DNA of 64,000 nucleotides from Candidatus Fermentibacteraceae bacterium (GCA_041750285.1 JBGSZS010000016.1:1-64000); one strand, 5' to 3'. Positions 1 to 9,556 are shown, counted from the first letter of the stretch. The notes: generated by a model from the letters alone, not told the origin. Program-made: numbers and translations.

Positions 1-72
1 GGTCTTCTCTCCCTTGATGGCTTCTATTGCCACCTTCGCCTTGAATGACGCACTGTGTACCCGCTTCGGCAT
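1..72 (-). CDS. IS3-family transposase OrfA, N-terminal fragment (partial; not in ORF track)
   Basis: Hand translation from ATG at 72: MPKRVHSASFKAKVAIEAIKGEKT, matching the HTH_Tnp_1 pattern 'xxSxxFKAKVAxEAIKGEKT'. Confidence 0.88.
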   Translation of the reverse strand, partial: MPKRVHSASFKAKVAIEAIKGEKT

Positions 73-140
73 GTCCCCTCCTTCAAGAAGCCATGCCTGA
101 ATCTAACTATCACCCCTGTCTACATAGGGGGGCCAGCTCA
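1..140 (-). mobile_element. Left end of an IS3-family insertion sequence (runs off the window start)
   Basis: The minus strand from 140 reads TGAGCTGGCCCCCCTATGTAGACAGGGGTG, a 5'-TG IS3-like terminal repeat. It is followed by a GAAGGAGG RBS and a transposase OrfA start. The host ORF loses its expected motif exactly at this junction. Confidence 0.85.
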
Positions 141-1815
141 CCAAGCCGTACACCGAGACCGTGCAGTCAGAAGGCTCGGGAAGACTCAGGTGAACGTCTG
201 CTGTTGTTGTTGCCGGGCTGGGACTGACACTGAGCCGGAGTTCCGACTCTTCCTCTATCCCCAGGGGATCGTAGGTCACTGTGACAGAGTTGAGCTGGGG
301 AGAGACATCGGGATTGTCACTGAGCATGGTCACCCGGTACTGCATGTAGCTCTCTCCATCTGCAAGGTAAGTGGATAGTTCAGGTGGTTCCGTGATCAGA
401 CCACTCCACTCCCCGAGATTGCCCGGATCGTCCGAACCCCTGACCTGAAAGTAGAGCTGGGTCTCGGCGGGAACCGAAGCATCCCAGGTCAGGTCTCCCC
501 ACGAGGCGTCGTAGACGTATAGAATGTCGCTGTTGAGCCAGCCCGAGCTGCAGAAATCATCTCCAAGGCGCCACCAGTAGAGATTGGGATAGTATTGCCC
601 GTGAAAGCTGCAGACGAAGTCTTCCACTCCATCGCCGTCGAAGTCGCCGGGAGCAACAAGACCTCCGGCGCTTTCAGAATCGAGACCGTTTGAGAACGGA
701 TACTCCATGAGAACCCTCTGGACGAACCTCTCCTGCGGGCTCCGGGTGTTCTCGAACATCCCCACGCTGTTCTCTCCCCGGTAGATGATGTCCATGTCGC
801 CGTCGCTGTCGAAGTCGATGACTGCCATGCCGTAGACGTTGTCATTGGTTTCCAGGTTGTAGTAGGGGTAGAACTCGGGACCCATGTACCAGCGAATGCG
901 GCCGTAGTTGTCACTCTGCCCACCGACCATCAAATCCGAAGTGCCGTCGGTGTCGAGATCAACGAAGCTGGGAAACACTCTGTAAGTATTTATACAGGGC
1001 GGAGATACTATTTTGAAGGCGTACCAGCCGGATGAACCTTCTCTTAAAACATTCATCATGCTTGCTGGTGATTGGGAAAGCATGACAGCTACGGAAAGAT
1101 ATCCATCGCCTGTGATGTAGGCCGAAGTCATCTCCGGGCCAGTATAGCCACCATACTCATCATGGACGTACAGAACAGACTTTTCCCAGACAAGACCATT
1201 TCCAAGATTCTTGTACAGAAGCAAATTCGCGCTCCAGTTTACGTAATCATTTTGCATACATATAATATCATTTTCTCCGTCCCCATCGTAGTCTGTGATG
1301 ACACCTCCAGCTAGGTAGATTTTCTCCACTAGTCTTTTCTGCCACTCTCCGCCCGGATAGCCTGGGTTCTCCCACCAGAAGAGAGAATCCGCCCCCCCAA
1401 TGGTATCTTCAATACCATCACCATTCAAATCGCCCGCGAAGATCGTTACTATGCTGTCAGCAAAACCAACGGTCTGATGTGACCATTGGTTCTGGTTGCC
1501 TGTCGAGAGGATTGCGCCTATTGACGATGAGGAGCATTTGAAAAGGTCTGTATAAGCGTCGCTGTTTACTGTGGCAGCGCTAAGAAGGAAGGCACTTCCA
1601 TTATCATACACTCTCGACCACTTCATGGCTGCGCCGAGAGTCAGCGATCCTGAAGCCTGCCATCCCATTCCGAAGCAGGAACCGAAGTCAGATCCCCAGT
1701 CTGTCGTGGTGGTCTCTCCCGAGGGACCGCCGCTCCAGTCGGTCTGAACCATTGAGGCCGCAAGGACGATGCCTGTTGTCAGAAGTACGAGCGCTGCACT
1801 TTTCATGCTGAACAC
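103..1815 (-). CDS. Secreted FG-GAP/VCBS-repeat beta-propeller protein; T9SS-type CTD truncated by the IS (possible pseudogene)
   Basis: Signal peptide; DxxGDGxxD repeats (DLNGDGIED, DYDGDGEND, DFDSDGDMD, DFDGDGVED). The CTD begins (GIEE...SPSP...VSVYGL) and then reads into IS sequence. Confidence 0.8.
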   Translation of the reverse strand: MFSMKSAALVLLTTGIVLAASMVQTDWSGGPSGETTTTDWGSDFGSCFGMGWQASGSLTLGAAMKWSRVYDNGSAFLLSAATVNSDAYTDLFKCSSSSIGAILSTGNQNQWSHQTVGFADSIVTIFAGDLNGDGIEDTIGGADSLFWWENPGYPGGEWQKRLVEKIYLAGGVITDYDGDGENDIICMQNDYVNWSANLLLYKNLGNGLVWEKSVLYVHDEYGGYTGPEMTSAYITGDGYLSVAVMLSQSPASMMNVLREGSSGWYAFKIVSPPCINTYRVFPSFVDLDTDGTSDLMVGGQSDNYGRIRWYMGPEFYPYYNLETNDNVYGMAVIDFDSDGDMDIIYRGENSVGMFENTRSPQERFVQRVLMEYPFSNGLDSESAGGLVAPGDFDGDGVEDFVCSFHGQYYPNLYWWRLGDDFCSSGWLNSDILYVYDASWGDLTWDASVPAETQLYFQVRGSDDPGNLGEWSGLITEPPELSTYLADGESYMQYRVTMLSDNPDVSPQLNSVTVTYDPLGIEEESELRLSVSPSPATTTADVHLSLPEPSDCTVSVYGLVSWPPYVDRGDS

Positions 1816-1929
1816 TCCCGTTCAGATAATCAAGATAACATGTCAACAATGGTGAGTTTTCTTTCGAATGTACACCATGGGCGCCGGGCTGCACTTGCTG
1901 CCTTCCCGGCTCTTTGAGTGCTGGCGTTA

Positions 1930-1958
1930 TTGACCCTGTGGGGTGGTTCCCATATTCT
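1930..1958 (+). promoter_or_regulatory. Sigma70-type promoter for the GNAT-TfoX genes
   Basis: TTGACC-N17-TATTCT upstream of a GGAGG RBS; the same hexamers recur at 4287-4315. Confidence 0.6.
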
Positions 1959-1995
1959 CCCCGGGTGATGTCTGGAACCCGCTTGGAGGCCGGAA

Positions 1996-2586
1996 GTGGA
2001 CTTCTCGGTTCACCCGCTTGACCTTTCGCGCTGGAACGACCTCGAGGAAGTGTTCCTGTCGAAGGGGTGTTCCCAGGCCAGGAGCTGCTGGTGCATGTAC
2101 TACCGGGAATCGGGGACGGTCCGGGTTCCGTCCGGGGTGAGGCCGTCCGATTACCGGAAAAGGCAGCTCATGGAGCTTGCGGCATCAGGCACCCCTCCCG
2201 GTCTGATCGGGTATCTTGGTGATGTACCCGCGGGGTGGGTTTCGCTGGGTCCACGGCCGGCCTTTCTGAAGCTTGCACGCTCGCCGGTGCTGAAGCCCGT
2301 TGATGACAAGCCGGTGTGGTCACTGGTTTGCTTCGTGGTTGCCGGGCGCTTCCGGCACCGGGGGGTGGCCGAAGCCCTTCTTCTTGGCGCTGTTGCCTAT
2401 GCTGCGGAGCATGGCGCGGAGATACTCGAAGCGTACCCGGTTGACAGGCCGGAGCCCGGGAGGGACGAATTCATGTGGTTCGGCTCCAAATCCATGTACG
2501 ACAGGGCCGGGTTCGTCGAGGTTGCCCGGAGGCGCCCCGAAAGGCCCATAGTCCGTCTGCATCTCACAGGGGTGCGGCATGAGTGA
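1996..2586 (+). CDS. GNAT family N-acetyltransferase
   Basis: CWCMYYR, acetyl-CoA motif RHRGVAEALL, EAYP, GF at the C-terminus. Confidence 0.88.
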   Translation: MDFSVHPLDLSRWNDLEEVFLSKGCSQARSCWCMYYRESGTVRVPSGVRPSDYRKRQLMELAASGTPPGLIGYLGDVPAGWVSLGPRPAFLKLARSPVLKPVDDKPVWSLVCFVVAGRFRHRGVAEALLLGAVAYAAEHGAEILEAYPVDRPEPGRDEFMWFGSKSMYDRAGFVEVARRRPERPIVRLHLTGVRHE

Positions 2587-2905
2587 ATACACCGAGTTTC
2601 TGCAGGAGGTTTTCGAGCAGTTCGGGCCGGTCACGGTCCGGAAGATGTTCGGAGGGTACGGGCTTTACTTCAACGGCCTGATGTTCGGCCTTGTCTCAGA
2701 TGAAAGGGTCTACCTCAAGGCTGACGCCGGGAACACCCGCTTCTTCGAGGAGCTGGGGCTGGGACCCTTCGAGTATTCAAGGCGGGGCAGGACCATTCAG
2801 ATGTCGTTCTTTCTGGCCCCCGAGGAGATACTTGACGACAGGGAAGAGGCCGCCATCTGGGCGGAGCGCTCTTACCGGGCGGCCCTTCGCCGTGCCGGGT
2901 CATGA
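2579..2905 (+). CDS. TfoX/Sxy N-terminal domain protein
   Basis: RKMFGGYGLY...MFGLV...VYLK signature. Confidence 0.9.
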   Translation: MSEYTEFLQEVFEQFGPVTVRKMFGGYGLYFNGLMFGLVSDERVYLKADAGNTRFFEELGLGPFEYSRRGRTIQMSFFLAPEEILDDREEAAIWAERSYRAALRRAGS

Positions 2906-2993
2906 TCTTTCCTTCTGCGTGCTTGAGACTGCCCTTTGGAGGCTCCCGGGTGGATCATGGGGCGGGTCGGTTCCGACCCCGGAGAGAGGCGGG

Positions 2994-3467
2994 ATGATGG
3001 AATGCGGTGATGTTGCGTACTGCGGGCTTTACTGCGGGTTGTGCTCGACGAAGACCCGGCTTTCCGAACAGGCGGCGGCCCTCAGGAAAACCCTGGCTCA
3101 GGATGGCTGGGAGTATTACGGTGAGTACGTGGTTCCGGGTTTCGGGGCATTCTGGGAGGGCCTTGGGAAAATGATCGCGTTCGGGGAGAACTGCCCGGGA
3201 TGCCGGGGAGGGTGCGGAGACCCCGACTGTGGTATTCGGAAATGCGCCGTGGAGCGGGGCGTGGAACTCTGCCCCCTCTGCGCTGAGTTCCCGTGCGGTC
3301 ACATCGATGCCCTGGCCCGAAGGTATCCGAACCTCATCGCCGACGGGATGCGCCTTGCTGAGATCGGTACCGAAGCCTGGCTGCTGGAACAGAAGGAAAG
3401 GCACGCCACGGGTTACTGCTACTGCGACACACGCTTCCCCGCCCGTCCCGGCGGTTCCTCCCTGTGA
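2994..3467 (+). CDS. DUF3795 Cys-rich protein
   Basis: AYCGLYCGLC, CPGCR, CGIRKCA, CPLCAEFPC. Start moved to ATG 2994 after a GAGAGG RBS. Confidence 0.82.
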   Translation: MMECGDVAYCGLYCGLCSTKTRLSEQAAALRKTLAQDGWEYYGEYVVPGFGAFWEGLGKMIAFGENCPGCRGGCGDPDCGIRKCAVERGVELCPLCAEFPCGHIDALARRYPNLIADGMRLAEIGTEAWLLEQKERHATGYCYCDTRFPARPGGSSL

Positions 3468-3486
3468 GCCTGTGAAAGGACTGACT

Positions 3487-4272
3487 ATGCGTTCCATATT
3501 CATTTCGGCCGTGCTTCTTGTCAGCCTGGGGTGCTCTTCTGAGCCTCCCGTTCCGGGCATGGTGTTCGTCACCATCCCAGCGGGATCCTTCGTAATGGGC
3601 TCGCCCGTTTCAGAGCAGGGCCGCATGGACTGGGAGGGGCCGTGCCGTACCGTAACGGTGGAATCCTTCGAACTGATGACAACCGAGGTCACCCAGGGCA
3701 TGTGGTTTTCAGTCATGGGCACCACCCTGGAGGAGATGCGGGAGCGTTCACTGTACGACTACGGGCTTTTCGGGGAGGGAGAAGACCTTCCGATGTACTA
3801 CGTCTCCTGGGATGACTGCCATGCCTTCATCTCCGCCCTCAACGAGCTGGATCCCGGACACATCTACCGGCTGCCCAGCGAGGCGGAATGGGAGTACGCC
3901 TGCAGGGCGGGAACCCGGACCCGGTTCTTCTGGGGGGATGACCCCGACTCCAGCCTGATCGGCGGGTTCGCCTGGTTCGAGGGCAACTCGGAAGGGTCGG
4001 TCCATCCGGTGGCGCTTGGGCAGCCAAACGGGTGGGGTCTCTACGACATGTCCGGAAATGTCTGGGAATGGTGCCGGGACAGGTGGAGCGATTATGAGAC
4101 GGCGCCCTCCGACGGCAGCGCATGGGAGTCGTCGGACGTTGTGGACAGGGTGCTGCGCGGCGGAAGCTGGAACGGCCCGGCCGTTCTCTGCCGTTCGGCT
4201 CACCGCAACGGACACAGCCACGAGCGCACGATGATCAACACGGGCTTCAGGGTTGCCAGGACGGCAAGGTAG
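3487..4272 (+). CDS. Formylglycine-generating enzyme (FGE-sulfatase/SUMF1) domain lipoprotein
   Basis: Lipobox SLGC; FVMGS, EVTQ, RLPSEAEWEYACRAG, GLYDMSGNVWEWC, RGGSW, GFRV. Confidence 0.92.
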   Translation: MRSIFISAVLLVSLGCSSEPPVPGMVFVTIPAGSFVMGSPVSEQGRMDWEGPCRTVTVESFELMTTEVTQGMWFSVMGTTLEEMRERSLYDYGLFGEGEDLPMYYVSWDDCHAFISALNELDPGHIYRLPSEAEWEYACRAGTRTRFFWGDDPDSSLIGGFAWFEGNSEGSVHPVALGQPNGWGLYDMSGNVWEWCRDRWSDYETAPSDGSAWESSDVVDRVLRGGSWNGPAVLCRSAHRNGHSHERTMINTGFRVARTAR

Positions 4273-4286
4273 AACGTTTCCCTTCC

Positions 4287-4315
4287 TTGACCTTCGGGAC
4301 CGTCACATCTATTCT
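4287..4315 (+). promoter_or_regulatory. Sigma70-type promoter for the PQQ-propeller gene
   Basis: TTGACC-N17-TATTCT with an AAGGAGG RBS downstream. Confidence 0.6.
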
Positions 4316-4365
4316 TTATCCATTGTTGTCCCTTGTGAAATGTCATTGTTCGGAAGGAGGACACC

Positions 4366-6048
4366 ATGGCGCTCGTGCTGCTTGCCTCGATTCTGGGAGT
4401 GACGGGGCTGGTGATAACCGAGCCGGTCCAGGGGCAGACCTACGCGGGAGACTGGCTCTCCATAAGGGCCATCGCCGAGAACGGGAACCAGGTGCCCGAT
4501 TCCGTCGTCTGCGTGCTCAACGGAGGCGCTCCCGCAGCTGTCCCCAGACTGTCCACGGACTGGTACACCTACATGGCGAACAACGAGCATACGGGATTCT
4601 CGCACTCACCCGCGCCCCTGGATGCAACGATACTGTGGACCGCGCCCGTCACCGGCGACACCCACGAGTTCTGCGGTCCGGTGGTGGTGAACGGCATCGT
4701 TTATTTCGTGTCCGACGAGCAATCCATCGCATACGCACTCGACGCGGCCACGGGAACGATCCTCTGGCAGTACGACGTGAACGATCACGTTGACGACGCT
4801 GTTACTTTCTACCAGGGCAACGTCTACATAGCAGCCGACTCGGCGTGGTGCCTCGATGCCGTGACCGGCCAGAGGGTGTGGGCGTTCAAGCCCAATCCGG
4901 GATTCAAGATGAACGGGACACCTGCCCTTGGGGACGGGGTGGCGTACTTCACCCATGTTCCGGATTGGAGCAATGTCCAGGTGTTCGCCCTCGACGCATT
5001 CACGGGAGAGGTACTCTGGTCGGTCCAGCACACGGGCTACACCACGGGTTGTCTTACCCTGCACGAAGGCGTTCTTTACCTTCCGACATACAACGGCAGT
5101 CTGTACGCGCTCGACGCCGGGACAGGCCAGACCCTGTGGACCAACTCCGACGCCGCGGGTGGCTACTGGGACTCCTCACCCGTGTACGTGGACGGGATGC
5201 TCTACATCTGCGGCCAGGACGGGATTGCACGGGGGATAAACTCGGAAACGGGAATCACCGAATGGGAGCGCAGCCTGACAGCGGGAGTGCGCTACATAGC
5301 CGCAACCCCGGCCTGCGCTTACGAACGCCTCTTCTTCGCGGACCAGGTGGATACCTTTCACTGCCTGAGCGCGCTCGACGGCTCCACGGTCTGGTCGGTC
5401 GAAGGGGTCCAGCACGGCTCCACGGGTATCGCGGACAACGTGGCCTTCTTCGGTCAGGGCGCGGACAGGGCCAACGGCCAGGTCAGGGCGCTCGACTGCG
5501 AAACCGGCCAGCTCATCTGGTCGTACCAGACCGGCGGGACCGAGATCTATTCCAGCCCCGCGATAACCGACGGCGTGGTCTACATAGCGGGGATGGACTG
5601 GAACCTGTACGCCTTCGGAACGGGGTTGAAGTTCACGTACCTCGATGACCTGTTCGCACAGGTCGGCGGGAACACCGTGATCGTAACGTCGTACTCAGGC
5701 GGAGAGGCTGTTGCAGCTGATACGGTGGACTTCACCGTGACCGGAACGGGCATCACGCTCGAGCCGGGAAAGCGGTTCCATCTCGCGGCCTCTCCCAACC
5801 CGTTCGCTGCCTGTGCCACTGTGTCATTCAGGCTCGCTGAAGCCGGACATGTCTCGCTTGAGGTTTTCGACCTGTCCGGAAGGATGGTGACCGGGCTGTT
5901 CGAGGGCGCGCTTCCTTCCGGGGAACACTCCCTCCCCTGGGACGGCAGGTGTCCGGACGGGGAAGCCGCTCCGGCCGGGCTTTACATATTGAGGCTTGAA
6001 TCGGACGGCGTTCTGGAAACCACGGGAATGTGTCTTTTGAGAAAGTGA
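4366..6048 (+). CDS. PQQ-like (BamB-type) beta-propeller protein with T9SS/FlgD-type CTD
   Basis: Repeated ALDAxTGxxLW blades and SSP motifs; CTD PNPF...FDLSGR...WDG...GLYILRL. Confidence 0.88.
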   Translation: MALVLLASILGVTGLVITEPVQGQTYAGDWLSIRAIAENGNQVPDSVVCVLNGGAPAAVPRLSTDWYTYMANNEHTGFSHSPAPLDATILWTAPVTGDTHEFCGPVVVNGIVYFVSDEQSIAYALDAATGTILWQYDVNDHVDDAVTFYQGNVYIAADSAWCLDAVTGQRVWAFKPNPGFKMNGTPALGDGVAYFTHVPDWSNVQVFALDAFTGEVLWSVQHTGYTTGCLTLHEGVLYLPTYNGSLYALDAGTGQTLWTNSDAAGGYWDSSPVYVDGMLYICGQDGIARGINSETGITEWERSLTAGVRYIAATPACAYERLFFADQVDTFHCLSALDGSTVWSVEGVQHGSTGIADNVAFFGQGADRANGQVRALDCETGQLIWSYQTGGTEIYSSPAITDGVVYIAGMDWNLYAFGTGLKFTYLDDLFAQVGGNTVIVTSYSGGEAVAADTVDFTVTGTGITLEPGKRFHLAASPNPFAACATVSFRLAEAGHVSLEVFDLSGRMVTGLFEGALPSGEHSLPWDGRCPDGEAAPAGLYILRLESDGVLETTGMCLLRK

Positions 6049-6061
6049 GGGAACCTGCGGT

Positions 6062-6592
6062 ATGAAATCAAGTCTTTTTGCGCTGATGGCACTGTTGCTT
6101 CTGGCCGGAGCGGCTCTTGCGGACCAGGAGGCGTCGAACAGGCCGGTCGTCCGTTCCTCCGAGTACGGGGCGTACTACGCCAAGAGCATCCCGCTTGCTG
6201 ATTACGGCGCGGAAGGGGTCACCAGGGTCTACCACGTCGAAGCCGAAGAGGACACTTTCCTTTACGAGTACCCGTGGTACGCCGCAGAGATTTACCTTGG
6301 GGGGAGCGGCGACGGCACACTGGTTCGGTTCGGGCCCTGGGCACGCGGAAGGGTGCCCAGTGAGGACCACCTTGCGATAGGTTTCTACCGCGACGGGAAG
6401 ATTGTAAGGGAGTACTCCACCCTCGAGATGGCGAACCTGGGCAGCGGTGTCTCCGAGAGCGTCTCGCACTATCAGGTGTTCGGCGAGCGCAGGGGTTTCG
6501 GATGGAGCGGTGAAGCCTTCATCTACGAGGTCATGGGGGTGGATGATGTGCTGCTCCGCTTCGACCTCGAGAACGGGGAGCTTGTGGAGTAG
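6062..6592 (+). CDS. Hypothetical secreted protein
   Basis: Signal peptide (ALA-DQE), coding-like composition, follows the upstream gene after 13 bp. Confidence 0.7.
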   Translation: MKSSLFALMALLLLAGAALADQEASNRPVVRSSEYGAYYAKSIPLADYGAEGVTRVYHVEAEEDTFLYEYPWYAAEIYLGGSGDGTLVRFGPWARGRVPSEDHLAIGFYRDGKIVREYSTLEMANLGSGVSESVSHYQVFGERRGFGWSGEAFIYEVMGVDDVLLRFDLENGELVE

Positions 6593-6636
6593 GGATGCAT
6601 TCCGGGCTGCCATGACTGCGAAAGGTTGGTAAGACG

Positions 6637-6993
6637 ATGTTCCTTCTCTGCCTGCTTGTTCATTCGGGGCTTCCCTCTCCCGATGCCGGTGTGCTGCTTC
6701 TCAGGGCGGTTGAGTACCATCAGACGATCTTCGCGGAGTGGGGGGTGATTAACGACGAACCGTATGAGGACAGGTACAGCGGAATGGTCTTCGACGTCTT
6801 TCGTGGAGACTCGCTGCTGGGCCGGGTATCGGTGTGCAGAAACTGGTTGGATGAGGGGGAAGCCCTGTTCCCTGAGATGGGAGACACAGTCAGGGTAAGG
6901 GACTTCGACTATCGGACCATGGTGCTGCCCTGTCAGGGCTTCACCGTCTGGTACGATGACTACGTTGAGCACATCCTGATCGCAGAACCCTGA
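6637..6993 (+). CDS. Hypothetical protein
   Basis: Fills the gap co-directionally; hydrophobic N-terminus; no recognised motif. Confidence 0.6.
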   Translation: MFLLCLLVHSGLPSPDAGVLLLRAVEYHQTIFAEWGVINDEPYEDRYSGMVFDVFRGDSLLGRVSVCRNWLDEGEALFPEMGDTVRVRDFDYRTMVLPCQGFTVWYDDYVEHILIAEP

Positions 6994-7054
6994 TCCCCCG
7001 TCCACAGGCGTGTTTTCCCCTTTGCGGGAGGCTTTCCTGCGGTAATAATCGGGC

Positions 7055-9556
7055 ATGCCAACCTTCATGCTCACGGACATGGAATCATCCAGCGAGAAGT
7101 GGCAGGCGCACCCCGTGGCCATGGCTTCGGCCCTGGTGCGGCACGACCTGCTGATCTCAAGGCTTGTTCAGGAGTTCGGCGGCAGGGTGGTGAAGCACAC
7201 GGGAGACGGCTTCTTCGCGTGCTTCGAGGAAGGCGATCCCCTGGGGTGTGCCCTTGCCGTCCAGAAGGCGTTCGCCTCATCGGACTGGTCGGATGTTGGC
7301 GGGCTTTACGTCCGCGTCGGCATTCACTCGGGAACGGCCGATTCCAGGGGCGGCGATTTCTTCGGTGCCGATGTCAACCTCGCAAGCAGGCTTCTGTCGG
7401 CGGCATGGGGAGGTCAGACACTGCTCTCCCGGGAGGCCGCTGAGTCGCTCACGCTTCCTTCCGGGGCATCCCTGAAGGATCTGGGACCCCACCTGCTCAG
7501 AAGCTTCGAAACTGCGCGCAACATCTTCCAGCTCTGCCACGAAGATGATCCCGGGCAGTCCTTCCCGCCTCCCATGGCACGGAGCATCGGGGTGCTCAAC
7601 CTGCCCTCGCAGGCAACCCCGCTCGTCGGCCGTGAGGACGGGATCAGGTCGGTGTGCTCACTGGTTCTCGACCAGGGGAACCGCCTCGTGAGCGTCATCG
7701 GTTCGGGGGGAATGGGCAAGACCCGCCTTGCAGTAAGGGTTGCCGAAGAGGTCGTGGGCGAGTTCGCCAGCGGAGCCGTTTTCGTACCGCTCGCACCGGT
7801 CGACAGGGGCGACCAGATAGTAACCGCCATCGCCTCCTCCCTTGCCCTGAAACTTTCGGAACCCGGGAGCCCGTTCACTCTCCTGACCCGTTTTCTGAAG
7901 GACAGGGAGATGCTGCTCGTGCTGGACAACTTCGAGCACCTCACGGAAGATGCAGGCGTTCTCACCGGACTTCTGGCCGGGTGCCCCCTGGTCACGGTTC
8001 TCACCACATCCAGGGAGCGCCTGGGATTGCCCGGAGAGACCGTGTTCGAGCTGAAGGGGCTTTCCTGCCCGACTCCCGGCGAATGGGGCTCAGCCTCCGA
8101 CTGCGGAGCGATCGAGCTTTTTCTGCAGAAGAGCAGGGCGGTCCTGCCCGGCTACTCCCCTTCCGAATCCGACATGAAGGCCATATCAGGGCTGGTTTCC
8201 ATACTGGGTGGCATGCCCCTTGCCATAGAGCTTGCCGCAGGCTGGGTCTGTCTGCTGCCCCCCGACTCGATCCTGAAGGAGACTGCCCGGAGCCTTGACT
8301 TCCTGTCTTCGGCGGGCCGTGGTATGCCTGAACGCCACAAAAGCCTTCGGGCGGTTTTCGAGTACTCGTGGACCCTTCTCTCACCCGAAGAGAGGCATGC
8401 CCTGACACGCCTTGCCCTTTTCAGGGGCGAGTTCGACACGGCATCGGCCATGGCCGTGGCTTCAGCCGGGCTGCCGGTCCTCCGGGGTCTGTTGGAGAAG
8501 TCCATGATTCAGTCCAGGGGGCCGGGAAGGTTCCAGGCACTGGAAGTCATCAGACAGTACGCAGTTGAGAAACTTTTCCAGTCCGATCCCGAGGCCGGCG
8601 CATCGCTCGACGCGCATGCCCTGCACTTCCTGTCATGGATAGCTGACATCGGTGTTGACAGGCCCGGGCCGGGAAGGCACGGAGCGGTCATTGCGGCAAA
8701 GGCCTGTTCAGATGATCTGCGGGCGGCATGGCGCCGGGCGCTTGACCGAAGGCTGCACCGACCGCTCATGGGCGCTGGAAAAGCCCTTTTCGAATACCTT
8801 GACGCAATCTGCGCATACCCCGACGGCGAGGAGGTTTTCAGCCGTCTGGCGGAACTGGCCCGGACAGCTGACGATGCTTCCGGAGATGACCTGGGACGTG
8901 TTCTCTGCTGGCTCGGGTGGATGCTGAACCGAAGGGCGAAGTACGACGAAGCTGACAGGGTTCTCGACCAAGCCCTCGAGCTTCTTGAACCCGGGTGTTT
9001 CCATGCGGAAACGAGCCGTGCCTTCTGCGGCAAGGGGCTCATCGCCTACTCCCGGGAGAAACCCGAACTGCTGCTGGGCGCCTTTGAGAAGGCAAGACAC
9101 CACGCCCTGATCTCGGGCGACCCCGGAATGATGGCACTGGCCGGCACCGGGATAGGCCTTGGATGCTACATCAAGGGCAATATGGCCGATGCGGCAGCGC
9201 ACTTTCGGAAAGCCATTGCCTTGTATGAAGGTTGCGGCGATTCCATGAACCACCCCCTGGCGTACACCAACCTGGCTTTCGCGGTTATTGGGATGGACGG
9301 CCACGACGAAGCACTCGAGCTTATAAACAGGAGCATAGAGCTCTCCGAGGCGCTTGACGACAGCTTCAGCATGGGCAGTGCAATGAGGGCAATGGGCTTG
9401 CTGGAGCTGAGCCTTGGAAGGCCGGGAGAGGCTGCGGCCTGTCTCCACCGCAGCATTGACCTCTATGACAGCATCGGCTACGAGTTCGGTGTCAGGATGA
9501 GCACTCTGGTCCTTCAGAAGATGAGCGGAGATGAGCCCGTAACCGGGGCGGACTAA
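7055..9556 (+). CDS. Class III adenylate/guanylate cyclase - STAND (NB-ARC-like) ATPase - TPR protein
   Basis: LTDM, VKHTGDG, RVGIHSG, DFFGADVNLASRL; Walker A GSGGMGKT; Walker B LLVLDNFE; GMPLAIELAA; C-terminal TPRs. Confidence 0.9.
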   Translation: MPTFMLTDMESSSEKWQAHPVAMASALVRHDLLISRLVQEFGGRVVKHTGDGFFACFEEGDPLGCALAVQKAFASSDWSDVGGLYVRVGIHSGTADSRGGDFFGADVNLASRLLSAAWGGQTLLSREAAESLTLPSGASLKDLGPHLLRSFETARNIFQLCHEDDPGQSFPPPMARSIGVLNLPSQATPLVGREDGIRSVCSLVLDQGNRLVSVIGSGGMGKTRLAVRVAEEVVGEFASGAVFVPLAPVDRGDQIVTAIASSLALKLSEPGSPFTLLTRFLKDREMLLVLDNFEHLTEDAGVLTGLLAGCPLVTVLTTSRERLGLPGETVFELKGLSCPTPGEWGSASDCGAIELFLQKSRAVLPGYSPSESDMKAISGLVSILGGMPLAIELAAGWVCLLPPDSILKETARSLDFLSSAGRGMPERHKSLRAVFEYSWTLLSPEERHALTRLALFRGEFDTASAMAVASAGLPVLRGLLEKSMIQSRGPGRFQALEVIRQYAVEKLFQSDPEAGASLDAHALHFLSWIADIGVDRPGPGRHGAVIAAKACSDDLRAAWRRALDRRLHRPLMGAGKALFEYLDAICAYPDGEEVFSRLAELARTADDASGDDLGRVLCWLGWMLNRRAKYDEADRVLDQALELLEPGCFHAETSRAFCGKGLIAYSREKPELLLGAFEKARHHALISGDPGMMALAGTGIGLGCYIKGNMADAAAHFRKAIALYEGCGDSMNHPLAYTNLAFAVIGMDGHDEALELINRSIELSEALDDSFSMGSAMRAMGLLELSLGRPGEAAACLHRSIDLYDSIGYEFGVRMSTLVLQKMSGDEPVTGAD

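Noticed and set aside
4140..4272. FGE/CLec C-terminus as a diversity-generating retroelement variable region
   Set aside because: I saw no adenine-variant template repeat and no reverse transcriptase in the window. A remote DGR cannot be excluded.
1996..6993. Run of small genes as an integron cassette array
   Set aside because: No repeated attC-like RYYYAAC...GTTRRRY sites and no integrase; the genes have their own promoters or are translationally coupled.
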